Part shown: positions 8,675 to 16,579 of the stretch, piece by piece
How positions within the stretch are numbered: position 1 is the stretch's first letter
Layout of the letters: the number at the start of each line of letters is the position of its first letter
Source: Deltaproteobacteria bacterium
GTDB lineage: Bacteria > Myxococcota_A > Polyangia > Polyangiales > Houyiibacteriaceae
Length of the DNA stretch: 64,000 nucleotides
Reading direction: 5' to 3'
Assembly (NCBI GenBank): GCA_034670305.1
Contig: JAXMNT010000010.1
Span: 1-64,000 of the forward strand
Made by a program: the position numbers and the translations under genes
Notes under the pieces: model-generated
The model's input: only the letters and a program-made list of their open reading frames with translations
What the model was told of the DNA's origin: nothing
Database searches by the model: none

Positions 8675-10845
8675 CACTCGTCGTCCCCGTCGTCCTCGAC
8701 GTCCTCGAGCGCGACCGTCTCGTCGAACTCGTCGGACCAGTACTCGCCCTCGAACGGCCAGTACTCTTCGTCGTCTCGCAACAGACCCTGGATGCGCAGA
8801 GGGTCGATGAGCTCGGGCGGGAAACGTCCGGCGGCCAGGCTCTCGATCTGAATCTCGATGCGCCGCTTGCTGCCCATCACCGCATCGATGCGCCCGATGC
8901 GTGCGCGTCGGAGGGAACCGCCGAGCCGCTCGTGCAGTCGGCGCAGCGACCGGAGCGCCGCTTCGTTGGCGGACTCGACCAGACGCTCGCGCATCACCCG
9001 AACCCGCTCCGGCAGCGCGCGGGCGCGCTCCGCATCGCGGCGAAGCAATCGGCGGACGTCTTCGGTGGCGGGGTCTTCTCCGCCCACGTCGAGGGCGCGG
9101 GCGGTCGCGGCGATCGCGCGGGTGAGTTGCCCACCGAGTTCGTCGACCCGGCCGGTGAGCTCTTGCAAGCGCGACTCGAGCGCAGTGACTTCGGACCGAT
9201 CCGCGTTCGGCGCGCGACGCAGGACATCGAGCTGACGCGCCATGCCGGCGAGCAGGTCGCGCCCGGCTTCGAGTTCGCGCCGCAGCTCGTCCGTCTCTTC
9301 TTCGTAGCGTTCTTGTTCCGCTGCGGCGCGTGGACGATCGGTGCCGCCGAGCCGCGTGGCCAGACCGCGCAGGTCGGACGCCAGGCGGCCGGAACGGGCG
9401 GACTCGGCGTCGAGGGTGCGCACGTTGGCGTGCAGTTCGAAGAACCGCGGGTCGACGCGAAGCAGCGCGAGCAGAAGTCCTTCGAGCGTGGAGAGGGACG
9501 CGCGGTCTTCTTCGGCCGCCTGGTCTTCGCTGACCCCTTCGCGTTCGCGGCGCTGCTGGACCCGTTCGCGGCGGCGGTCTTCGGCGAGCAGGTCCGCGTA
9601 GAGCGAGCGCTGGCGGGTCGGGCTGGCGAGGATGGTGGCGATTTGATCGACGAGCGGCCGGAAACGCTCGGCGTAGCGGACGAAGAGTTGGTTGGCTTCT
9701 TCGAACTCGCAACGTCCGAGGTGCACGTAGCCACGCAAGAGCATCGCTTCGTCGACGAACGGAGACGCGGGGAAGCGCGCCTCGAGCTGGTCGAGCAGAT
9801 CGTAGGCGGTGTCCTGGTCGTCGCCTTCGTACATGGCGTACGCAGCTTCGAAGAGCGCCTCGGCGACCCGCTCGGAGTCGTTCGGCACCTGGAAGTAGTA
9901 GTAGAACGCGTCGTTCGAACGCAGCCCTTCGTGCGCCACGCGTCCGAGCGCCATCCAGGCGAGGTCCTTGACCTGGAAGTACCGGTCGTCGACATAGAAC
10001 GTGAACCGGTCCTGGTCTTCGGTGGTGGCGATGGAACAGAAGCGCGCTTCGGCTTCGTCGTAGTGACGCAGCCGGGTGGCGACGACGCCGCGGAGGTACT
10101 GCGCGTTGGCGAAGAACCGGCTGCGCCGCGTCACCTCCGAGAGCACCGCTTCGGCCTCCGGATAGTTCGCCGCGTCGTAGGCGGCGCGCCCGCGCAGGTA
10201 GCGCAGTTCGTTCAGCGCGTCTTCAGGCAAACCCTCCCCGACGGTCTCGAGCACCGTGAGCCCAGCCGAGAGATCGCCGCTCTGGAGCGTGACATCCACG
10301 AACCGGCGGTAGGCGGGTCCGAAGTACGCGTGGTCCGAACCGCGCGCCAGGATGCGCTCGAGGTACCGGGCGGCGGAGCGAAGCGAACCGAGTTCGGCCA
10401 GCGCGCTTGCGATGAGAAGTTCCGCGCTGACGTACTCGTCGAGTTCCGAGAAGTCGCGGAACCGGGGGCTCTCCACCACTTCGTAGAGCACCAGCGCAGC
10501 CGCGTCGTAGCGGTGGTCGAAGTAGAGCGCTTCGCCGCGACGCACGAGCCCTTGAAGGCGGCGGTCGGACCCGGTCTCTTCGGCGAGAAGCCGCTGCGCG
10601 GCCAGCGCGTCCATGTAGGCCGCGAGGGTGATCGCGTTCGGATCGGCAGGATCGGAGACCGGCGCCTCTGCCGGCGTGACCTCGGCGGGCGGCTCCGACA
10701 TGAGCGGAGCGTCTTGTTGTGCGAACGATGTCGCCCCGAACCCGAGGCAGAGTAGACACGCCAGCGCAGAACGGAGCATGCGGTGTGCCTGCGCCGTCCG
10801 CTTCGGTCTGTGGCGCTCGAGAGCGCGCTCGACCGCAAGCTTCAC
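8674..10845 (-). CDS. TPR/coiled-coil periplasmic protein, GltC-like
   Basis: Signal peptide, TPRs, and C-terminal EEYWPFEGEYWSDE motif typical of GltC-like proteins. Confidence 0.75.
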   Translation of the reverse strand: MKLAVERALERHRPKRTAQAHRMLRSALACLLCLGFGATSFAQQDAPLMSEPPAEVTPAEAPVSDPADPNAITLAAYMDALAAQRLLAEETGSDRRLQGLVRRGEALYFDHRYDAAALVLYEVVESPRFRDFSELDEYVSAELLIASALAELGSLRSAARYLERILARGSDHAYFGPAYRRFVDVTLQSGDLSAGLTVLETVGEGLPEDALNELRYLRGRAAYDAANYPEAEAVLSEVTRRSRFFANAQYLRGVVATRLRHYDEAEARFCSIATTEDQDRFTFYVDDRYFQVKDLAWMALGRVAHEGLRSNDAFYYYFQVPNDSERVAEALFEAAYAMYEGDDQDTAYDLLDQLEARFPASPFVDEAMLLRGYVHLGRCEFEEANQLFVRYAERFRPLVDQIATILASPTRQRSLYADLLAEDRRRERVQQRREREGVSEDQAAEEDRASLSTLEGLLLALLRVDPRFFELHANVRTLDAESARSGRLASDLRGLATRLGGTDRPRAAAEQERYEEETDELRRELEAGRDLLAGMARQLDVLRRAPNADRSEVTALESRLQELTGRVDELGGQLTRAIAATARALDVGGEDPATEDVRRLLRRDAERARALPERVRVMRERLVESANEAALRSLRRLHERLGGSLRRARIGRIDAVMGSKRRIEIQIESLAAGRFPPELIDPLRIQGLLRDDEEYWPFEGEYWSDEFDETVALEDVEDDGDDE

Positions 10846-11684
10846 TCGGCAGCCGCCCCGGTGCGAAGTTCGCGCGTGGCGATGCGCAGGCGGGTGCGGA
10901 CGTCGTACTCGCCTTCGCCGTCGTCTTCGAAGTCTTCGGCGATGTCGCTGTCGTCGTCGAGGACCAGCGTGATCTCGGTGAGCTTGGACTCGGTCACGAG
11001 GAACCGGTACCGGTCGGTCTGGGTGTAGCGGTAGCTCTCGTTGGCGCGCGCGCGCTGCTCGAGCTCCACCGTCAAGTCGTGCGGGCCCGGGGCGGCGAAG
11101 CCTTCGAACACTTCACGTCCGTCGCGGCCAGGATCGGTGTCGGTGCGAAACACCGGCGCGCCATCGATGCGGATCGTGAGCCGAGACAACACCTGATCGG
11201 ACGCGCGGTTCTCCACCCGCACCACGACCTTGGTCTGAAAGAGCTGGGCACCGAGCACAGCGATGCGCGAACGCGCCTGCACCAACTCGTCCATCAGCGA
11301 CGCGAAGTCCGCGCGAAGCGGTCCGAGGTCGGGCAGCTCGGGGCCGAGGTCCGGCTCGGTGGTGGGTTCCGGGCTCGGCTCGGGGGTCGCCTCGACGGGC
11401 GGCGGTGCGCCTTCTCCGGCTTCGCCCTGGAACGGGTTCTCGGGCGGCGCCTCCGGGTCGGTCGCTTCCGGGGCTTCGGGCTCGGGCGTGGGCGTCGGCT
11501 CCGCCGGCTGCTCGGTCGGCTGCGGGCGGGGACGGCGGCGTCGCCGGCGCTGCGCTTCGGCATCGGAGCCGATGAGCACGAACGAGAGCGAGATCACGAC
11601 CAGCAGTGCCGTCTTGGGGAGGGCTGTTCTGGGAATTGCGCGCATGTTCGAACTCCTGGTCGTCCTCGTCATGGTCGGGCTCAT
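10842..11684 (-). CDS. Secreted hypothetical protein (Pro/Glu-rich linker, coiled coil, beta domain)
   Basis: Signal peptide; coupled to both neighbours by 4-bp overlaps. Confidence 0.7.
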   Translation of the reverse strand: MSPTMTRTTRSSNMRAIPRTALPKTALLVVISLSFVLIGSDAEAQRRRRRRPRPQPTEQPAEPTPTPEPEAPEATDPEAPPENPFQGEAGEGAPPPVEATPEPSPEPTTEPDLGPELPDLGPLRADFASLMDELVQARSRIAVLGAQLFQTKVVVRVENRASDQVLSRLTIRIDGAPVFRTDTDPGRDGREVFEGFAAPGPHDLTVELEQRARANESYRYTQTDRYRFLVTESKLTEITLVLDDDSDIAEDFEDDGEGEYDVRTRLRIATRELRTGAAAE

Positions 11685-12352
11685 TGCCTGAACGGCATGA
11701 AGATCGAGAACCCGAGCGTGGCGCTGATGTTGTTCACGATGTCGGACTCACCCAGGATCTCCTGCTGGAGCACCTGGTCGCGCACGTCGATGCGGATGGC
11801 GAACCACTCCCCGAAGTAGAGCTTCAACCCGAAGCCGCCGCTGAAGGTGAGTCCGCGAGCGGTCTGGTTGTCGGTCACGCCGCCACCGACGGCCAAGAAG
11901 AAGTCGAACCGGGAGATCGTGCCGCCGAACCAGCGCATCTTGCCGTAGGCCAGCGACCAGTTGAGGTGCCCCATGTAGAGGTACACCGGGTTCTCGATGC
12001 GGATGAGCGCGATGCCGCGGTCGTTCTCGATGATCCGGACGAGCTCCGACCGGGCGCGCGTCCACGCGAACCCGAGCTCCAGGCCGAGGGACTCGCTGAA
12101 GTGGAACGTGTACGAACCGCCCACCTGCGCCCACGAGCTGAGCAAGTCCGCGCTGTAGATGCCGCCGGTCACACTGAGTTCGTGTCGGAGCGCCTTGCGA
12201 AACAGACGTTCCTGGACACCCCGGTAGCGGCGTCGGGCGTTCAGCTCATCGCGAATCGCTTCATCGATGCACTGTGCGCCCGCCTGCTGCGGAGCGGCGG
12301 CGGAAAGGGTGGCGGCGAGCACCACGACGGACAGGACGCGCGAGAGCGACAT
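11681..12352 (-). CDS. Outer-membrane beta-barrel protein, GltA/B-like
   Basis: Signal peptide, amphipathic beta strands, WSLAYGK motif, terminal LGFSIF. Confidence 0.8.
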   Translation of the reverse strand: MSLSRVLSVVVLAATLSAAAPQQAGAQCIDEAIRDELNARRRYRGVQERLFRKALRHELSVTGGIYSADLLSSWAQVGGSYTFHFSESLGLELGFAWTRARSELVRIIENDRGIALIRIENPVYLYMGHLNWSLAYGKMRWFGGTISRFDFFLAVGGGVTDNQTARGLTFSGGFGLKLYFGEWFAIRIDVRDQVLQQEILGESDIVNNISATLGFSIFMPFRQ

Positions 12353-12524
12353 CGGCGGGAGTGTCCCGCCCTGGGGACGAACGTGTCAACGATGGCGACG
12401 CCGCCCTTCCACTTTCCTTGCCCAGTCTCCGCAAGCCCAGTCTTCGCAAGCGACCAGGGCCTGACGGAATCTCGAGAAGCGACCCCGGCCCGTGATGGCT
12501 GGCAAAATAGCGTATGCTCCGGCG

Positions 12525-12974
12525 GTGTTGGTCTTGCTCGTGCGCCACAGCACTGCCGTCGATACGTACGCAGCCCCGAGCGACGCCCACCGCTGGCTCA
12601 CCGCCGCGGGTCGGCGTCGCATGGAAGGCGTGGGTGCGGCGGTCTCCGAGAAGACGACCCTCACCCATCTGTTCATGAGTCCCTATGTGCGGGCCGTGCA
12701 GACCGCGGAGATCCTCGCGCGGGAGGTCGGGTACGACCAAGCGCTGCTGGTCCACCCCCACCTCGCGAGTGAGTTCGGCACCACCGCGCAGGCACTGGCG
12801 TGTCTCGATGGGCTGCCGGAATCCTCGGTTGTCGCGCTCGTCACCCACATGCCGAAGGTCCGGAGCATGGCGGTCTCCCTCAGTGGAGACGACGGCGTCG
12901 CTGAGTTCCGCACCGGTTCGGTCTGCGCCGTGGTGCCGGGCGCCGGCGTGCAGTGGCGCCACGACCCGAGCTGA
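12525..12974 (+). CDS. sixA: Phosphohistidine phosphatase SixA-like
   Basis: LVRH...D..R.LT..G, SPYVRAVQTAE and VTHMP histidine-phosphatase motifs. Confidence 0.85.
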   Translation: MLVLLVRHSTAVDTYAAPSDAHRWLTAAGRRRMEGVGAAVSEKTTLTHLFMSPYVRAVQTAEILAREVGYDQALLVHPHLASEFGTTAQALACLDGLPESSVVALVTHMPKVRSMAVSLSGDDGVAEFRTGSVCAVVPGAGVQWRHDPS

Positions 12975-13037
12975 TCGGAGAGCCTTCGAAGACACTGGCA
13001 CTCGAGGTTGCTGCCTGGGCGAAGACGCCCCGGATGG

Positions 13038-14384
13038 TCAGACGGCTTTCCAACAGAACGGGCACACGTCCTTCGGACCGTCGAACACCGCGTCGCAGTG
13101 TTTGCACTTCCGCCGGAAGCGGATGGTCGGATCCCGCTCGCCGCGCGGTTCGGGCAGATCGTGGAGCAGCACCTTCAACCCCTCGGCCGCCGTCGGGTCG
13201 GCGGGCACCAGATGCACCGCCGGGAACTCGCTGGTCGGCGCTTCGTCGAGCGGAGAGAACACGTCAGGCAAGGAACTTCGTTCCGGCGCGGGCGCAGGAT
13301 CGGGGGCAGGATCGGGCGGGGGCGGGTTGGAACTCAATCCCCCGCCGCTGATCTCCAGGACCGGATCGTCCTCGTCGCGGTCGGCCTCGGCCCCCGCGTC
13401 GGCCTCGGCCCCTGGGTCGGCGCGGTCCGCGTCGGGGCTGTCCGCGTCGGCGCTGTCCGCATCGGCGTCGGCCGCTTCCACGTCTTCGTCTTCGTCTTCG
13501 TTCGCGCTGGGCTCTTCGGGTTCGGCCCGGCGAATGATCACGATTTCCGGCGCGTCGGCGTCGCGTCGGCTCTCAGGCCGTGCGCGCAGGCTGGGTGTGG
13601 GCCAATCCTCGGCGGTCACCGCCTGCACCTCGAGCACGATCACCGCGACGTTGTCGCGCGCCTTCGCCGCGTGCGCGATGTCGAGCAGCAGTTTGACCTG
13701 GGCGTCCGGTCGCAGGTCCTGGCGGAGCGCGTCCGCGATCTGCTCTTCTTCGAGCTGATCGGTCAACCCATCCGAACAGAGCAGGTACCGGTCACCAGGC
13801 GCGAGCGCGATGGACTGCATCGCCACGCGCACGGTCGGCTCCATGCCGAGCGCCCGGGTCACGACGCGCGTGGGGAGCTTTCGGGCCTTTTCGTCGTCGA
13901 GCTCCGGCGCGAGCTCCAGGACGTCGTTGGCCAGGGAGTGGTCTTGGGTCAGCAGCTCCACCAGGTCGCCCCGGAGCCGGTAACAGCGGGAATCCCCCAC
14001 GTGTCCGAGGTGCAACACCGCCCGCTCGGTCTCCACGAAGGTCGCCACGACCGTCGTGCCCATGCCGCGGTACCGGTCCGATTCGCGGGCCAGCTGGACG
14101 ATGTCGGCGTTGGCGCGGTGAACCGCGGCACTCAGACGCCGGGCGGCACTCGGCACTCCGAGCACGTCAAACGTCGGCGTTTTGGCGTCTTTCGTCTCTT
14201 CGAAGCGGTGCGCGATGCTTGCCAGCGCCATGCTGCTGGCCACGTTGCCCGCGTTTTCGCCGCCCGCGCCATCGGCGAGACAAAAGAGGTCGAGCTCACG
14301 ACGCACGAGGATTGCGTCCTCGTTGTGCTCTCGTTGACCGATGTGCGTGTCGCCAGCGGCGACGATCCGAACGCGAGGTGCCAC
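13038..14384 (-). CDS. PP2C-family Ser/Thr phosphatase with acidic tail and C-terminal CxxC..CxxC
   Basis: G.R..NED, ADGAGG, GMGTT, HVGDSRCY, LCSDGL and DN motifs. Confidence 0.9.
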   Translation of the reverse strand: MAPRVRIVAAGDTHIGQREHNEDAILVRRELDLFCLADGAGGENAGNVASSMALASIAHRFEETKDAKTPTFDVLGVPSAARRLSAAVHRANADIVQLARESDRYRGMGTTVVATFVETERAVLHLGHVGDSRCYRLRGDLVELLTQDHSLANDVLELAPELDDEKARKLPTRVVTRALGMEPTVRVAMQSIALAPGDRYLLCSDGLTDQLEEEQIADALRQDLRPDAQVKLLLDIAHAAKARDNVAVIVLEVQAVTAEDWPTPSLRARPESRRDADAPEIVIIRRAEPEEPSANEDEDEDVEAADADADSADADSPDADRADPGAEADAGAEADRDEDDPVLEISGGGLSSNPPPPDPAPDPAPAPERSSLPDVFSPLDEAPTSEFPAVHLVPADPTAAEGLKVLLHDLPEPRGERDPTIRFRRKCKHCDAVFDGPKDVCPFCWKAV

Positions 14385-14492
14385 CCGCTGATCTTACGCG
14401 ATCGGGGTGTGCCCTGTCTGCGACGACTTCAGATTGAAGCGAAATTGCCGCCCGTGCGTCTCAGTCACATGCCCGCAAATCCCCGTCACGAC

Positions 14493-15209
14493 ATGCGCTC
14501 GACCGTGCTTCGGGCGATGCTAGAGCCCACGGTGGCGAGGAACGTGCACAAGAGAGGCGGAGGATTCTCCGTGGTGCTGCTGGCACTTGTGTGCCTCAGC
14601 GGAGGCGCCACGGCGCCAGAGGTCGCCTCGGCACAGCTCGATCTGAGCCGGGCGCTGACCCGCGCCGAGCGCGCGCTTCTCGACGAAGGCGAACTCGTGA
14701 CCCGGCCGGTCACCGAGCAGCGCGGACGCCTGCGGCTCATCGGTGGGACCAGCTACCAGGTCATCGATCGCGCGCCGGAGACCGTTTGGCGCGCTCTTCG
14801 CGGCGACTCGGCCGACTACCGCCACATGTTGCCTGCGGTGCACCGCGCCACCGAACGCCGCCGGTCGCCAGGCTTCCGAGTGATCCACTTCGACCACCGC
14901 GTCGGCATCGTGCGGGTCGGCTACGCGCTCCGCTTCCAGTTCGACGACTCGCAGCACGTCGTGATGTTCCAACTCGACGAGTCCGAATCGCACGACATCC
15001 GCGCCGCCTGGGGCTTCTTTCGAGTCCGCCGCTGGCACGACGGCCGCGCGCTGGTCTCGTTCGGTTCGTTGGTCGACATCGGCTCCGGCCTGATGAGCGG
15101 CGCGGTGATGCCGACCGTGCACGAGTGGGTGCTCAAGATCCCGCTCACCATGAAGTGGCACATGGACCAGCGCGGCGATCAATACGTCGACGAAGAAGAC
15201 GACGAGTAA
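14493..15209 (+). CDS. SRPBCC/START-fold (polyketide cyclase-like) secreted protein
   Basis: IDRAPETVWRAL...DYRHMLP pattern after a hydrophobic signal region; start uncertain. Confidence 0.65.
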   Translation: MRSTVLRAMLEPTVARNVHKRGGGFSVVLLALVCLSGGATAPEVASAQLDLSRALTRAERALLDEGELVTRPVTEQRGRLRLIGGTSYQVIDRAPETVWRALRGDSADYRHMLPAVHRATERRRSPGFRVIHFDHRVGIVRVGYALRFQFDDSQHVVMFQLDESESHDIRAAWGFFRVRRWHDGRALVSFGSLVDIGSGLMSGAVMPTVHEWVLKIPLTMKWHMDQRGDQYVDEEDDE

Positions 15210-15236
15210 CCGGCTGCCCGCGCTGCATGGAGTGCG

Positions 15237-15635
15237 TCAACGGCTCCCCCACGTGTTGTCGAGGTCGTCGCGCGTGTCGAACGCTCCGTCCGGACCCGCG
15301 CTCACGACGAAGATGTCGTTGCCTTCGCACTCGATGCGAAACGGGTTCTCCCAACTGTCGACGATGCGCGAGGTGCGGTCGATGACGTCGGCTCGGACCA
15401 GGTCCGGCACCGTGGGGCAGTCGTCCTTGTCCAACCGGTAGAGCTGGACCGCCGAACGAATCGTGGTCGCGTCGCACACCGTCGAATGCGCCTCTCCGCG
15501 TGTGTAGGAGGGCTGGAACCAGAGCGGGACGAATCCGACGAGCAGCGCAACCGCGATGAAAACCCCGAACCCGACGAGCAGGGGATCGACGTGGCCGTCG
15601 TCGTATCCAGGAGGAGGCGGCGCGGAGTAGTGCAT
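15237..15635 (-). CDS. Type II secretion GspG-like pseudopilin-domain protein
   Basis: TM helix, SAVQLYRLD..CPT, DSWENPF and SAGPDG.FDT.DD motifs. Confidence 0.7.
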   Translation of the reverse strand: MHYSAPPPPGYDDGHVDPLLVGFGVFIAVALLVGFVPLWFQPSYTRGEAHSTVCDATTIRSAVQLYRLDKDDCPTVPDLVRADVIDRTSRIVDSWENPFRIECEGNDIFVVSAGPDGAFDTRDDLDNTWGSR

Positions 15636-15736
15636 CGAAGTCGCAACGCCACGCGTTCGGGGACCGCTTCCTGCCGCTCGGTCGTTTGCCAAGAAGGCGC
15701 AGAGCGGCAGGCGCTGGGACGATGTGGCGACGGAGC

Positions 15737-15890
15737 CAGAATCAGAACCAGAACCAGAATCAGAATCAGCGGCAGCGGCATCGGCAGCGGAAGCGGCAGC
15801 GGCAGCGGCAGCGGCAGCGGCAGCGGCATCGGAAGCGGAAGCGGAAGCGGAAGCGGCAGCGGAAGCAGAAGCAGGAGCGAAAGCAGAACG
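15737..15890 (+). repeat. Hexamer microsatellite (CAGAAY then GCGGCA/GCGGAA)
   Basis: Read directly; downstream flank of four-helix-bundle gene 1. Confidence 0.9.
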
Positions 15891-15921
15891 GCCGGCGCCC
15901 GCGTGGACGCCGGCCCCGCCC

Positions 15922-16236
15922 TCAACGGCTGAGCTTGTAGAGCATCGCGCACACGTGGTCGCACTGGTCAAGCAGCCCCGCGTCGAGGTCGATGTAGCCG
16001 AAGACTTCAGCGAGCTGCATCGCCGCCTTCAGCTCGCTGCACTCCCCATAGGCAATCGAGAACTTGTCATGGCAACGCAGCCCTCGCGCCTGCCGAGCCT
16101 CCGCGATGTTCAACACCACGCTCTGCGCCGCCCGCTGCATCTGCGAAGCGAGCGAAGCGTCGTGCTTCCGCACGGCCGGCAGGACCTGAGCGCGAAGCGA
16201 GCGCACCAGTTCAAAAGAAGTTCGTAGAACGATCAT
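15922..16236 (-). CDS. Four-helix-bundle protein (23S rRNA IVS protein / bAvd-like family), copy 1
   Basis: LASQMQRAAQSVVLNIAE...FSIAYGECSE motif; 104 aa. Confidence 0.9.
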   Translation of the reverse strand: MIVLRTSFELVRSLRAQVLPAVRKHDASLASQMQRAAQSVVLNIAEARQARGLRCHDKFSIAYGECSELKAAMQLAEVFGYIDLDAGLLDQCDHVCAMLYKLSR

Positions 16237-16259
16237 CGGAGACCCCAGTGTGAAGACGA

Positions 16260-16467
16260 CCGAGCGACGTTGCCCGGCGGCCGCAGGCCGCCGTCGTCTG
16301 GCGGGTCAGGGGTCAAGGGCGAAGCCAGCCTTCCGAAGGCTGGGGGCCGCAGGCCACCCTTGAGGCCTGGCACGCCAGATGACACGCTTGATCACCCGCC
16401 GGGCACCACCCACCCCCCAAGGTCGTTCCCGAATCCGAAGGAGAGGGAGCCGAATCCGAAGGAGAGG
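16260..16467 (+). promoter_or_regulatory. Conserved stem-loop element with -35/-10-like boxes and an SD-like motif (copy 1)
   Basis: Stem 16293-16319/16357-16383; TTGAGG-N17-CACGCT; GAAGGAGAGG present twice. Confidence 0.6.
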
Positions 16468-16471
16468 CTAC

Positions 16472-16569
16472 ATGCGGAAGCGGAAGCGGATGCGGAAGCG
16501 GAAGCGGAAGCGGCAGCGGATGCGGAAACGGAAGCGGCAGCGGCAACGGAAGCGGTAGTGGTAGCGGTA
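16472..16569 (+). repeat. Hexamer microsatellite (GCGGAA/GCGGCA/GCGGAT)
   Basis: Read directly; same orientation as 15737-15890. Confidence 0.9.
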
Positions 16570-16579
16570 AACCCCCAGC

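Noticed and set aside
5219-10755. Long + strand ORFs (1210 aa and 724 aa) and similar shadow ORFs elsewhere
   Set aside because: They overlap well-supported opposite-strand genes and have low-information, Arg/Ala-rich composition.
15686-16227. Small ORFs made of (RQ)n, (AE)n or (GS)n
   Set aside because: Reading-frame artefacts of the hexamer tracts, without credible ribosome-binding sites.
15922-16236. Diversity-generating retroelement, suggested by the Avd-like fold
   Set aside because: No reverse transcriptase and no TR/VR pair with adenine-specific mismatches were seen in the window.
16260-16410. Integron attC site or tRNA
   Set aside because: No RYYYAAC...GTTRRRY boundaries and no cloverleaf or T-loop consensus.
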